A stretch of 64,000 bases of DNA, from assembly GCA_965249865.1 (NCBI GenBank), contig CBDFMZ010000001.1:704415-768414 (forward strand). Reading direction: 5' to 3'. The notes under the pieces are model-generated. The model saw only the letters and a program-made list of their open reading frames with translations, was not told the DNA's origin and did no database searches. Within the stretch, counting starts at the first letter, position 1, and each line of letters starts with the position of its first letter. The stretch is from Acidobacteriota bacterium (GTDB lineage: Bacteria; Acidobacteriota; UBA6911; RPQK01; CBDFMZ01). A program made the translations under genes and the position numbers. Positions 1-10,894 of the stretch are shown piece by piece.

Positions 1-689
1 CGAGGGCCACGGTGTTACCGTCGTGTCCTACCTTGTCTCGTCAGCCCTGTCCACAACCGCGTATTAAATGGAACGAGACACTGGCATAGAGGTTCTACTG
101 TAACAAGCGAGTGAATAGTTTTCAACCCAAGCAACTTGGCCTTTCTTAATTTTGTGTGGAGGATCCTTGACACGTCGTCCAATTTCTAAGTGCCAAAGCC
201 TTCGTAGACTTTCCTTGGCGCTTTGCTATAATCCGTTTGTGCGACTTAATAGTGTTGCCTTCGAAAATGACAGCTGTATTCCCGTCAAATACACGTCTGA
301 TGGATCGGACGTGTCCTCGCCTTGAGCTGCGGTGAGGTGCGTCATGGGAGGGAGAGTTTCGCTTTGACGGTCATTAATCCCGATGCCCCGTGCGAGGATT
401 GGATTCACTGGCTGGTCTCCGATATCCTCAGGCATATTCGTGGGGTCTCCGAAGACGGACTGCTTTCTCCGCTCGCACGCCAGGTTTAAAACGATTTTAG
501 CAAGGAACCCATCGCTATCTGTTCACTCAGTATGCGCTGGGGATTGAGGTGCTCGTGGCTGGTAAGGGAAGTTTTGTCGACCAGTGCGAGAAACACAAGA
601 TTGTGAAAGCGCAACTCTATGGACAATTATTCATGCTGAAGAATTTGGCGGAGCGATAGATATGAGATTCAGTATTTGAGGTTAGAACA

Positions 690-2174
690 ATGACGGTTCA
701 GAGATTTCAAATGTACATCGGCGGCGAGTGGGTAAATTCCACCTCAGGAGACTCGTTCACGTCAATCAATCCCTATACGGGCCAGATCTGGGCAGAGTAC
801 CCGGCGGGCACTCAGGAGGATGTTGATCGTGCCGTTAGTGCTGCGCGAAAGGCCTTTGAGGGCGAGTGGGGTAAAACGCTACCCTCAGATCGTGCTCGGA
901 TCATACGGCAAATTGCCGATGCGATTGCCAAGCACGCTGATTACCTGGGGCGAATTGAAACGCAAGATAACGGGAAGCTCATCCGTGAGATGTCCGCTCA
1001 GGTGCACTATTTGGTGAACTACTACCATTACTTTGCCGGAGCGGCCGACAAAATTCAGGGAGAGGTTATCCCCGTTGATAAACCCACCATGTTTAACTAC
1101 ACACTACGCGAGCCGGTGGGCGTCGTCGGTGCTATTGCCCCCTGGAATTCACCCTTGCTTCTCTTGAGTTGGAAAGTGGCACCCGCCCTGGCGGCGGGGT
1201 GCACGGTAGTGGCGAAACCCGCTAGGCAAACGTCCGCGTCAGTTCTGGAGTTTGCACGTCTGGTGCTCCAGGAGACTGACTTGCCTGCGGGCGTTTTCAA
1301 CGTCGTGACCGGCTCTGGAGAATCTGTCGGGGCTGCGCTAGCCAGGCATCCTGGAATCGATAAGCTGGCCTTTACCGGTTCCTCCGAAACCGGGAAAATC
1401 GTTGCAAAAAACGCAGCGGAAAACCACACGCGTCTCTCTCTCGAACTTGGAGGAAAATCACCCAATATCGTTTTTGAAGACGCCGACATCGATAACGCCG
1501 TTAACGGCATTATTAAGGGGATCTTTGCGGCAACAGGACAGACATGCATTGCCGGGTCACGATTGCTGGCCCAGCAGAGCATTTTTGAAGAATTGCTTGA
1601 CCGGCTGGCTAAACGAGCCGGTAAGATCAAACTTGGCGATCCGCAAGACGTGAACACCGAAATGGGTCCAGTCGCCTTCAAGGAGCAACTCGACACAATC
1701 AAACACTACTGTCAGGAAGGTATTAAAGAGGGCGCAAAACTCGTCATTGGAGGCCAACAGCCGGAGAACAAGGAATTGACCCAAGGTTATTTTTTCGAGC
1801 CCACCATCTTCCGTAACGTCAAGAACCAGATGAAGATTGCTCAGGAGGAAATTTTTGGTCCGGTTCTCTGTGCCATCCCTTTCAGTACAGAGGAAGAGGC
1901 CGTCAGTATAGCTAACGATGTCGCTTTTGGTCTTGGTGCCGGTATTTGGACGCGTGACGTACAACGAGTCCACCGCATGGTGAAAGTGATTCGAGCAGGC
2001 ACCGTCTGGGTCAACAATTACCGGGTGATTTCTTTCGCGTCTCCCTTCGGGGGTTACAAAGCAAGTGGCTATGGCCGGGAAAATGGTTTGGAAGCTGTTC
2101 GTGAATACACACTCGTTAAAAGCGTGTGGATTGAGCTTTCCAACAAGGTCGAGGATCCTTTCATTTTGTCATAA
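690..2174 (+). CDS. NAD(P)+-dependent aldehyde dehydrogenase family protein
   Basis: 494-aa ORF with ALDH hallmarks in the translation: LELGGKSP (catalytic Glu region), FAATGQTCIAGSR (catalytic Cys) and GSSETG nucleotide-binding stretch. Confidence 0.9.
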   Translation: MTVQRFQMYIGGEWVNSTSGDSFTSINPYTGQIWAEYPAGTQEDVDRAVSAARKAFEGEWGKTLPSDRARIIRQIADAIAKHADYLGRIETQDNGKLIREMSAQVHYLVNYYHYFAGAADKIQGEVIPVDKPTMFNYTLREPVGVVGAIAPWNSPLLLLSWKVAPALAAGCTVVAKPARQTSASVLEFARLVLQETDLPAGVFNVVTGSGESVGAALARHPGIDKLAFTGSSETGKIVAKNAAENHTRLSLELGGKSPNIVFEDADIDNAVNGIIKGIFAATGQTCIAGSRLLAQQSIFEELLDRLAKRAGKIKLGDPQDVNTEMGPVAFKEQLDTIKHYCQEGIKEGAKLVIGGQQPENKELTQGYFFEPTIFRNVKNQMKIAQEEIFGPVLCAIPFSTEEEAVSIANDVAFGLGAGIWTRDVQRVHRMVKVIRAGTVWVNNYRVISFASPFGGYKASGYGRENGLEAVREYTLVKSVWIELSNKVEDPFILS

Positions 2175-2342
2175 GACCTGAGTCTTTTGGGTCGGGATGA
2201 GAGCGGAGCATGGATTCGGACATCTTTGCTCGGCCTTTGAGTTTTTCGAGAGCGTCCGATCGTTCGGTTGGAGCTCGAGGGCGACTACACTGTTGTAATG
2301 TTGGTTGCCATGCTCTCGTTATCGTAAAACCTGTCGGGTTAG

Positions 2343-3146
2343 ATGCGGCTAGCCCTTTGGAGGGAAGAGTTGAGTAAGGAATTCTGGCATACGAACATTT
2401 CCAAGGTTGAGCCTGGAAAGATTCAAGTGCGCGGCTATGATCTTGCCCTTTTGATTAGGCAAGCAACCTTTGGTGATGTAGTCTACCTCCTCTTCAAAGG
2501 TGAGTGGCCGCAGCAGGGTGAGGGCCGTCTGGTGGAGGCTATCTTGGTCTCTAGCTGCGAGCACAGTCTGCTTGCCCCTTCAGCTGATGCTACTCGGCTA
2601 GTAGCCTCTTGCGGGGTTCCTTTGCCATCGGCAGTGGCCGCAGGAATTCTGGCCATTGGCGATTACCACGGGGGAGCCATCGAAGGTTGTGCCCGCATCT
2701 TGGAGTCGGCACTGTCCTCAGAGGATGCCGACTTGACTGTCTCTGCCAACCGAGTTGTTGCCGCGGTGCTGGCTCGAGGTGAGCGCTTCCTGGGCTATGG
2801 GCACCCCATTCATCCAGAAGATCCTAGGGTTCATCCTTTATTCCAGGTTGCCAGGGAATTGGGCTTGACGGGACGTTGGGTTCAGTTTGCCCGGGAGATA
2901 GAGCGAGCTCTCCGAGAGCAGGTCGGTCGGCCATTGCCCATCAACGTGGATGGAGCTATTGCCGCACTTCTGCTTGAAATGGGTCTGGACTGGCGGCTGG
3001 GCAAGGCTCTCTTTCTGATTTCAAGGGCGGCTGGTCTCTCCGCCCATTATCTCGAGCAGGTGATGCGGGAACCACCGTTTAAGGCCCCCCGCCAAGAGGA
3101 GATCAGTTATGACGGCCCGCCCCTCCGTGATCTGCCTGAGACTTAA
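2343..3146 (+). CDS. citrate-synthase-fold protein, short form (citryl-CoA lyase-like)
   Basis: 267-aa ORF with citrate-synthase family signature LGYGHPIHPEDPR (cf. G[FY]GH.VY..DPR); much shorter than canonical citrate synthase; start codon uncertain. Confidence 0.55.
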   Translation: MRLALWREELSKEFWHTNISKVEPGKIQVRGYDLALLIRQATFGDVVYLLFKGEWPQQGEGRLVEAILVSSCEHSLLAPSADATRLVASCGVPLPSAVAAGILAIGDYHGGAIEGCARILESALSSEDADLTVSANRVVAAVLARGERFLGYGHPIHPEDPRVHPLFQVARELGLTGRWVQFAREIERALREQVGRPLPINVDGAIAALLLEMGLDWRLGKALFLISRAAGLSAHYLEQVMREPPFKAPRQEEISYDGPPLRDLPET

Positions 3147-3168
3147 AGAGGTCAAACCCTGACTCATT

Positions 3169-3900
3169 CTAGTCGTCTCGTCCCCCAAGAAGGTCGGCCC
3201 GCATCAGGAAGTAAAGCAAGGTTAGAAGAGTAGAGATAGCTGCTGCAACGTAGGTCAGAGCGGCTGCATTTAAGACGCGATCCATCCCGGCTCGTTCCTG
3301 TGGCAGGATGATACCCTTTTCGACCACCAGCGACTTTGCACGACTTGAGGCATTAAATTCCACAGGCAAGGTTATTATTTGGAAAAGGAGCACTGCCGAA
3401 AACAGCACGGCCCCGATTCCAACTAGATTGTTCGAGCCCATCATCAGCCCGACCAACATGACGATATAACCAATACTGGAGCCGATGTTGGCCGTCGGGA
3501 CCAGTAAAGAGCGAACCCACAACGGTCCATAGTTTTGGGAATGCTGCAGGGCGTGGCCGGCTTCGTGGCTGGCTGCGCCAATGGCGGCAATCGAGGACGA
3601 GTCGTAAACGTTTTTTTATAGAGCTAAGGTCTTGGTCACGGGATTGTAATGATCAGAAAGCAGGCCGTGAGTGGAAACAATCTTGACGTCGCTAATGCCC
3701 GCTCTTTTGAGCAATTCCGCTGCCGTCTCTCGTCCGGTTAAACCTCGTATAGATCGGACGGTGGAGTATTTGTTGAAGTTGGCTTTGACCCTCCAGCTAG
3801 CCCACATAGACAGCGCTAGGGCGGGTATCATGAAAAGCAGGTAAATAGGGTCGAAGAACATGATGAGTTCCCTTTTTCTTCGGTCAAAGCCCAGGCCCAC
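3169..3900 (-). pseudogene. YugP-like neutral zinc metallopeptidase interrupted by one in-frame TAA
   Basis: Two minus-strand ORFs (3616..3900 and 3169..3522) in the same frame are separated only by stop TAA (plus-strand tta 3616-3618). Readthrough gives ...NPVTKTLAL*KNVYDSSSIAAIGAASHEAGHALQH... with intact HExxH and the membrane-anchored N-terminus typical of the family. Confidence 0.6.
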
Positions 3901-4351
3901 ATTGTATTCAGGAAAGTGGAACCTGTCTAGCAGCTAGCAGTCCCGTGGTAAAAGTAGAGTGTGTTTGTCTGCCATGCATCTGCGGTTGCTGGCCATCTAC
4001 GGGAGGAGTTGATGTCGTAGCGCTGACTCGCCGTCACGCCTCAAATCAGGAACCGTTTTCAGCTGCAACAACATGGCATGTTCTTTGTGGGCCAGGATAC
4101 TAGATTCGTCGAGGTAAAAAAATGGATGATTAGGAACCGAATTTCTGTTAGATTCTCTCGTTTGACGTTGATATTATTACTCTCGGTCTCCGATTCTAGT
4201 GAAAATCTCACCATAAAACGAATGAGGAGTTGCAAGGTTCACGTGAAAAAATGCTGTATGCGCTGCAGCGCTGATATATACTATGGCCGCGCCCGGACGG
4301 GAATCCCGGCGTAGATGTCATCCTGGTGCTAGGTAGGTCAAGGAAGGGATT

Positions 4352-6940
4352 TTGCTGCGTATCCGACTGTGGTTCAGCGGTTTCTGTGTGTTGCTGATGC
4401 CTGGTGGTATTGTAGCTACGCCCACCTTCAAAGATTCCGTTCAGCCCTTTCTCAAGAATCACTGTACCTTTTGCCACAACGACGAGCTGAAAACGGCGGA
4501 TCTGTCGTTCGACCACTACCAGGATGAGAGGTCAGCACTCCAGGACGGAAAAGTTTGGCGGCGTGTCAAGCAGATGCTGGATCGCAAGATAATGCCACCG
4601 TCGTTCCGGCCGCGCCCAGCCCCCGAAGAAGTTGCCGCAGTTCTCTGCTGGATTGACAGCAATCTCGCGCCCGAAGGTATCCAACTCAATCCCGGCCGTG
4701 TGACCACCCGGCGACTGAACCGTTCCGAATACAACAATACTGTGCGAGACCTGCTGGGAATCGGCTTCCGACCCGCCGACGATTTTCCCGTCGATGACAG
4801 TGGATACGGATTCGACAACATTGGTGATGTTTTGTCGATTTCTCCAATGCTTATGGAAAAGTACGTGGCTGCCGCCGACAAGATCGTTCGGCGCGCGATC
4901 TTGATGGACCGTAGTGTCAAACCCAAAGTGCTCCGTTACAGCGCTCCGCGAGCAGAGGGTGAGGAACGTCAGATTGGAGCCGCGGGGAAAGTTCCTTACT
5001 CGCCGAAAGGCAGGCTTACCGTACGACATCTTTTCCCTGCAACGGGAGAGTACGACCTACGGTTGCAATTTGTTGACCGCCGCAGAGTTCCCCCGCGACG
5101 GCCGGAATGGACGCGTCGAGTGCCGGAACTCATTGAGCGGGTGTTGGATCTCAAGGTGGAGACGATCGACCTCGATCTGTTGGCGAAAGAATTCTACCTG
5201 AGTCCGGATCACGCTATCCAGTTCATGGAGAAATTCGATGCTCCAAAACGCGCCGGGACTTTTGTTATCGAACACGAGACGCTACTGTTAAAGCTGGTCG
5301 AATATCGGGATTGGCTCGAAGAAAACCCTGAGCCGCCCGCGCTTCCACCTCCACCACCACTGCCAGTTCTTTTCACATTGGACGGCGAGAAACTGGCGAG
5401 TTATCGTGCTGAGTATAAGCCCGATTACGAAGAGCCCCACCCCGTCCGTGTACGCGTCGAAGCCGGTGAGCGGGAATTACATGCGGAAGTCTTGAGCCCT
5501 GAAGGCGAACGCTGGAATCCAAACTTGCTTGATTGGACCGAGTACCGAATTGAGAACGACAAAAACGCGGCGAGGATGGTGTTCGCCGACTACATCGAGA
5601 TCAAGGGCCCGTTCAATCCTGAACCGGCACCACTGCCCCAGAGTCACCGCGAGATCATGGTGTGTGAGCCGGCGGACAACAGCTTTGACCGAATCTGTGC
5701 AGAAACAATCTTAGGACGTCTGGTTAGGTTTGCTTTCCGCCGGCCGGTGGCAGAGAAAGAAGTTCACAGCTATGTTCGCTTTGCCCAGAACGCTGTAAAT
5801 CAGGGTGCAAGCTTTGAACAAGGCATCCAACTGGCCTTGAAAGCCATCCTGGTGTCACCACAGTTTCTTTTCCGGATCGAGCGCGACCCTGACCCAGCAA
5901 GATCAAGCCCCACTCGTCATATCGACGACTTCGAATTGGCCTCCCGGCTCTCTTATTTCCTTTGGAGCAGCATGCCTGACGAGGAGCTGTTGAAGGCCGC
6001 GACATGTGGTGATTTACGAACAAAGGACGGACGCCGGGCGCAGGTCATGAGGATGATCCAAAACAAAAAATCCCAAGCGTTTGTCAGCAATTTCGCTGGG
6101 CAGTGGCTGCAGCTGCGGAACGTCTCGCTCGTAAAACCTGATCCGGACATCTTTCCTGAGTTTGACGAGGAGCTTCGTCAGGCGATGGTGCGGGAAAGCG
6201 AGCTTTTCTTTGATCACATCATGCGCGGAGACCGCAGCATCCTCGAACTTTTGAAAGCTGATTACACCTTCCTAAACGAACGGTTAGCGAAACACTACGG
6301 TATCGAAGGGGTGAAAGGGCAGGGATTCCGTCGGGTACGGCTCCCAGGCGAACAGCGTGGCGGAGTGCTGATGCAGGCGAGCGTGTTGACAGTATCTTCC
6401 TATCCCACACGCACCTCACCGGTTCTGCGTGGTCTTTGGGTACTGGAGAACCTGCTTGGGGACCGACCACCTGACCCTCCGGAAGACGTTCCCGCACTGG
6501 ATGAGCAGACGGTGGCTACAGAGGCCTCCTTGAGGAAAATGCTGGAGAGACACCGGGTTGACCCAAGCTGTGCGGTGTGCCATGACCGTATGGATCCTAT
6601 CGGGTTTGGCCTCGAAAACTACAACGCCATTGGAGCCTGGAGAACGAGCGACGGGAACTTCCCCATCGACGCCTCGGGTGAGCTGCCGGGCGGAACACGC
6701 TTTGATGGTCCAGCTGGCCTAAGGGCTGTGCTCTATGCGCAAAGGGACCAATTCGCTCGCAATTTGAGTGAGAAGGTGTTAACCTACGCTTTAGGACGTG
6801 GCCTTGAGAGTTACGATGAGCCGGTGATTGAAGAGATCCGTAAGGACATCGCCCGAAACGGATACCGGTTCTCGAACCTGGTTCTGGCAACTATCGAGAG
6901 TATACCTTTTCAAATGCGATTTGAGGAAAGGAGCGACTGA
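4352..6940 (+). CDS. Planctomycete PSCyt/DUF1592-DUF1588 family protein (c-type haem motif CTFCH at N-terminus)
   Basis: 862-aa ORF; N-terminal signal/TM then CTFCHN (CxxCH) motif; long conserved body; paired with a downstream DUF1552-like gene 4 bp away, the canonical Planctomycete two-gene pair. Confidence 0.8.
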   Translation: MLRIRLWFSGFCVLLMPGGIVATPTFKDSVQPFLKNHCTFCHNDELKTADLSFDHYQDERSALQDGKVWRRVKQMLDRKIMPPSFRPRPAPEEVAAVLCWIDSNLAPEGIQLNPGRVTTRRLNRSEYNNTVRDLLGIGFRPADDFPVDDSGYGFDNIGDVLSISPMLMEKYVAAADKIVRRAILMDRSVKPKVLRYSAPRAEGEERQIGAAGKVPYSPKGRLTVRHLFPATGEYDLRLQFVDRRRVPPRRPEWTRRVPELIERVLDLKVETIDLDLLAKEFYLSPDHAIQFMEKFDAPKRAGTFVIEHETLLLKLVEYRDWLEENPEPPALPPPPPLPVLFTLDGEKLASYRAEYKPDYEEPHPVRVRVEAGERELHAEVLSPEGERWNPNLLDWTEYRIENDKNAARMVFADYIEIKGPFNPEPAPLPQSHREIMVCEPADNSFDRICAETILGRLVRFAFRRPVAEKEVHSYVRFAQNAVNQGASFEQGIQLALKAILVSPQFLFRIERDPDPARSSPTRHIDDFELASRLSYFLWSSMPDEELLKAATCGDLRTKDGRRAQVMRMIQNKKSQAFVSNFAGQWLQLRNVSLVKPDPDIFPEFDEELRQAMVRESELFFDHIMRGDRSILELLKADYTFLNERLAKHYGIEGVKGQGFRRVRLPGEQRGGVLMQASVLTVSSYPTRTSPVLRGLWVLENLLGDRPPDPPEDVPALDEQTVATEASLRKMLERHRVDPSCAVCHDRMDPIGFGLENYNAIGAWRTSDGNFPIDASGELPGGTRFDGPAGLRAVLYAQRDQFARNLSEKVLTYALGRGLESYDEPVIEEIRKDIARNGYRFSNLVLATIESIPFQMRFEERSD

Positions 6941-6943
6941 CCT

Positions 6944-8293
6944 ATGAGAGGGAAATACGTTCCGAGACGGACTGTACTACGGGGCTTAGGCGCGGCAATC
7001 GCTCTGCCGTTTCTCGATTCGATGATACCCGCTTTTGCATCGCCTCTTCTAAAAACAAGCACGCCGCGGCGAATGGCGTTCGTCTATATCCCCAATGGTG
7101 CGATCATGGAGGATTGGACGCCCACGAAGTCCGGAACTGGCTACGACCTTACACCGATTCTCAAGCCGCTGGAGCCTTTCCGGGAGGACTTGCTTGTACT
7201 CACCGGGTTGGCGCAATACGAAGGGAATTCCCTCGGGGACGGACCGGGTGACCATGCCCGGGCGGGGGCGACCTTCCTAACAGGAGTTCACCCCAAGAAA
7301 ACAATGGGTGCCGACATCCAGGTTGGCATCTCAGTCGACCAGGTGGCGGCCCAAAAGGTGGGCCGCAAAACTCGTTTTGCTTCGGTTGAGTTGGGGACCG
7401 AGCCGGGGCGTTTGGCTGGCAACTGCGACTCCGGGTATAGTTGTGCTTACTCGAATAGCATATCTTGGCGATCGTCTACTACGCCGAATCCCCCAGAGAT
7501 TAATCCACGGCTGGTATTTGAAAGGCTGTTTGGAGGTGTCCGAACAGGCGAAACCCTGGACGCTCGAGCACAGCGCCTTCGGCAGGAGCGATCAATTCTG
7601 GATTTCGTGCAGGAAGACGCTAGGCGACTGCAGGTCTCACTGGGACCGACGGATCGCCGTAAGCTTCAGGAATACCTTGATGGGATTCGGGAAATCGAGC
7701 GACGGATTTCCTCCGCAGAGAAGGAAAAGATAAACTTGCCAGCGGATCTGGAAAAACCGCACGGCGTTCCGGTTGAGTTTAGCGAGCACGCGAAGGTCCT
7801 GTTCGATTTAGCAACGATCGCTTTCCAGACGGACTCGACTCGCATCCTGACTTTCATAATCGGGCCGGAGGGCAGCAATCGTAGCTATCCTGAAATCGGG
7901 GTCTCGGATGCGCACCACGGCTTGAGTCACCACCGAAGGGATCAGGAGAAGATCCAGAAGATCAGCAAGATCAACCGATTCCACATCGAGCAGTTTGCTT
8001 ACTTTCTCAGGAAAATGAAATCGGTCAGCGATGGCGAAGGAACATTGCTCGATAGCTCGATGATCGTCTGCGGTTCTGGCCTGTCAGACGGCAACCTGCA
8101 CACGCATGGAGACCTTCCACTGCTACTTGCGGGCAGAGGAGGCAACACGCTGAAGTCTGGGCGACACCTGGTATACTCGGAGGAAGCACCTCTGAATAAT
8201 CTGTTTCTTTCAATGCTCGATCGCATGGGGATACCAACCGAAACCCTGGGTGACTCAACCGGTAAGCTGGAACACCTGTCGAATATCGGATAG
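6944..8293 (+). CDS. DUF1552 family protein with twin-arginine signal
   Basis: 449-aa ORF starting 4 bp after the upstream gene; N-terminal RRTVLRGLGAAIALPFL Tat-like signal; partner of the DUF1592 family gene. Confidence 0.8.
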   Translation: MRGKYVPRRTVLRGLGAAIALPFLDSMIPAFASPLLKTSTPRRMAFVYIPNGAIMEDWTPTKSGTGYDLTPILKPLEPFREDLLVLTGLAQYEGNSLGDGPGDHARAGATFLTGVHPKKTMGADIQVGISVDQVAAQKVGRKTRFASVELGTEPGRLAGNCDSGYSCAYSNSISWRSSTTPNPPEINPRLVFERLFGGVRTGETLDARAQRLRQERSILDFVQEDARRLQVSLGPTDRRKLQEYLDGIREIERRISSAEKEKINLPADLEKPHGVPVEFSEHAKVLFDLATIAFQTDSTRILTFIIGPEGSNRSYPEIGVSDAHHGLSHHRRDQEKIQKISKINRFHIEQFAYFLRKMKSVSDGEGTLLDSSMIVCGSGLSDGNLHTHGDLPLLLAGRGGNTLKSGRHLVYSEEAPLNNLFLSMLDRMGIPTETLGDSTGKLEHLSNIG

Positions 8294-9238
8294 GTGGATC
8301 CGAGCCATTTTTACATACCTCACTGGCTGTTGTCTTCCAAGCCATGGGGTTCAATACCCTGGTGGTCGGTTCCTGCTCAGAAACGGACAGGAGCATTCGA
8401 GTGTTTGGGCTTGGGGTTTTGGATCTTTGGGAAAAGGCCTGCTACATATATATTCAAGCCCAGCAACGAACAGGTTGACGGTCTGCTCCCCTGAAGCGCA
8501 TATTTTGACCCCATTACCCATCAGGGAAGGACGGGAGCTGTTTCCTCAAACCCTCTTTTCGAAGACGGGCATCAGCGAGAGAGGGCTGAAAGATTGACAG
8601 TTTCCATACTGCGTCATTCTGGATGAAACTCTTTTGCGTGTCCCACAATCTCTAATCATCGCCCAGGGGAAGCGTACAGGACACTTCAAATCGGTTTCAG
8701 CTCTACTGAGCATTGGTTACAATTTAACTTCGCACGAAACGTCAGATGTCCGACTGGATAACACATTGCAAGTTGGGTTCGGACTTCTTGACAACACCTC
8801 AGATCCTTCCTGGATTTCCCTTCCCAATTTCCAGAGTGGTCGCCGGATCAGCTCAGAGTAGACTTAACACCGTAGGCCGATCTGCTTATCTGTGTATCCG
8901 TGCGGGCTTCAATTCTTTCGTTCTTTAATTTGAATTTGCAGGGATCTTTGGTTCGCTTCAGTAGGAAGTGGCCAGCGTTTAGAGGTCGAGTGATTAGGAC
9001 AAAGGTTTGAATCATCCAGGGAGGTTAGACCCACACCATTTGTACCTAAAAATAAGTTATAAGTACTCAGTAGAATGAAAAAAGGTAGAGAGAGCAGGAT
9101 CAACTTCATGGAAGGAGTACTCCTGCGAGTCTAAGCGAGAACGGGTGTGTGATCGTTACAAAAAAAGGCAGAAGCGGACGTTTAGGTCGTTTTGATTGAA
9201 GTCGAGAGCTGAGTGGCAGACCGGAGCTTTTGTGAACG

Positions 9239-9448
9239 GATGCGACCAAGCGGTTCAAGAAGGTGACCAAGGCCCAGACGGTCATCTGGAAGATGCTCTT
9301 GGTGGCTGAGAAAAAGTTTCGCCGCCTGAAAGCTCCAGAGCTGATGAAAAGTGTCTATGAAGGATTGAAGTATGTGAACCAGGAAGTTACCATCCAAGTC
9401 CTGTCCCAAGGCTTTGGTCATGGGCATGGTGGCTTGGCGTGCTTGTAG
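9239..9448 (+). pseudogene. possible IS256/Mutator-family transposase C-terminal remnant
   Basis: In-frame stretch DATKRFKKVTKAQTVIWKMLLVAEKKFRRLKAPELMKSV resembles the conserved C-terminal end of IS256-type transposases (..LRKVTK...ALKLLYLA..KKW). It lies in a 1.2-kb gene-poor, lower-GC gap with no intact ORF. Confidence 0.25.
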
Positions 9449-9483
9449 CGAGTGTGGAATGAAAGGAAGATAGATAGGATTAA

Positions 9484-10215
9484 ATGATCCCACTGCGTGA
9501 TGACAATCCCACCACAATCAGGCCAATTGTGACGGTGGGCCTGATCGCACTCAACGTCTTGGTCTTCTTGTACCAGATTTCACTGGGCCCAAGAACAGGT
9601 GGACTGTTTGTATACCAATATGGGGCTATTCCTGCTGTCATCTTCGGTTCCCAAGCTCTTCCGTCCGAGCTGGTAGCCATTCCCGCGTCCTTCAGCATCT
9701 TCACGAGCATCTTTCTGCACGGTGGGTTCATGCATCTGATCGGTAACATGCTCTATCTGTGGATTTTTGGCAATAACATAGAGGACTCCATGAATCATGG
9801 ACGATTCATCGTTTTCTACCTGATTACCGGTGTTATCGCCTCTATGACCCATTTTCTAATGGACGTAACGTCAGAAATTCCCACAATCGGTGCGAGTGGT
9901 GCGATCTCGGGTATCTTGGGCGCCTATATCTTGCTGTATCCTCGGGCAAGAGTTCTGGTTTTGATTCCGTTGGGCTACTTCATGCGCATAATGTACATTC
10001 CAGCTGGGTTTGTTCTGGGATTTTACTTTATACTGCAGCTCTTTCAGGGAACCCTGAGTTTGGGACAGAATAGCGGAGGAGTCGCCTGGTTCGCTCACAT
10101 CGGAGGATTTTTAGCTGGTTTACTCCTGGTAGGGTTGTTCAAGCAGCGAACAGTAAGCTTCCTTAACCAGCCACATTACCACCCTCGCCCTATCGAACGC
10201 TGGCACAGTCGCTGA
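9484..10215 (+). CDS. rhomboid family intramembrane serine protease
   Basis: 243-aa polytopic membrane ORF with the rhomboid catalytic serine motif GASGAISG and conserved HLIGNMLYLWIFG / AHIGGFLAG (catalytic His) segments. Confidence 0.85.
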   Translation: MIPLRDDNPTTIRPIVTVGLIALNVLVFLYQISLGPRTGGLFVYQYGAIPAVIFGSQALPSELVAIPASFSIFTSIFLHGGFMHLIGNMLYLWIFGNNIEDSMNHGRFIVFYLITGVIASMTHFLMDVTSEIPTIGASGAISGILGAYILLYPRARVLVLIPLGYFMRIMYIPAGFVLGFYFILQLFQGTLSLGQNSGGVAWFAHIGGFLAGLLLVGLFKQRTVSFLNQPHYHPRPIERWHSR

Positions 10216-10894
10216 CTCTATCTGTTCATTAAGCTCGGTCGTCCTGGTCGAGCAAGTTGCACGACTGCACTGGAGACGAGATCACGACCCACCTTCCTTC
10301 GCTCCTTGGTCCCCGAATTGTTAGAATGGTTTCTCATTGAAAAAGCCCGGATAGTCTGACGAGGCGAAAAGCTGGCGTCCTATCGATCCAGCCTGTCGGG
10401 TTGCTTAAATCGACAGCCCTGACAGGAGGGTAGATGTCCTCGGGTGGCTCAGAGAAATCCGGTGAATCCTTCGATGAACTGTCAAAAGAGGTTTGCAGGC
10501 TAACAGATCAGATCCGCGAAATCTACCGCCGGATATTCTAGATCAGGCAGGCTCTGCCGTCCGATATCTTGACAGCGAAGGGAAGTTTCATTTGGTGGGA
10601 AAAGGCCGGAAAGGCGTTTGAGAGGTTTCTGACCCCTGAGCAACAGATAGCTCTTCAGGAAATTAACAAGTTGAAACTGAGAGATCCTTGCTTGAAGAGC
10701 AGCTGGCGGAAAAAGAACTCCTCTTAACCATGGCTACCCGGATCTTTGAAGCACCAACACTTGATCAAGGCTGTGGGAGAGCGGTTGCAATCCGTGGCGC
10801 CTGTACAAGCTCCTACGGTAAAGAGCAGTAAAAAGCCCGGGATCGACTAGCCTCAAGAAAGTAGCTTCTTATTTGCTTCAGGAGATCATTCTAA

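Noticed and set aside
820-1973. Overlapping ORFs (65, 201, 83, 138 aa) inside the aldehyde dehydrogenase gene
   Set aside because: Embedded in or antisense to a clearly conserved ALDH frame; no motifs; spurious.
10430-10860. Several short ORFs between the rhomboid and SSF genes
   Set aside because: Fragmentary, different frames, no motifs; possibly a decayed gene but nothing supportable.
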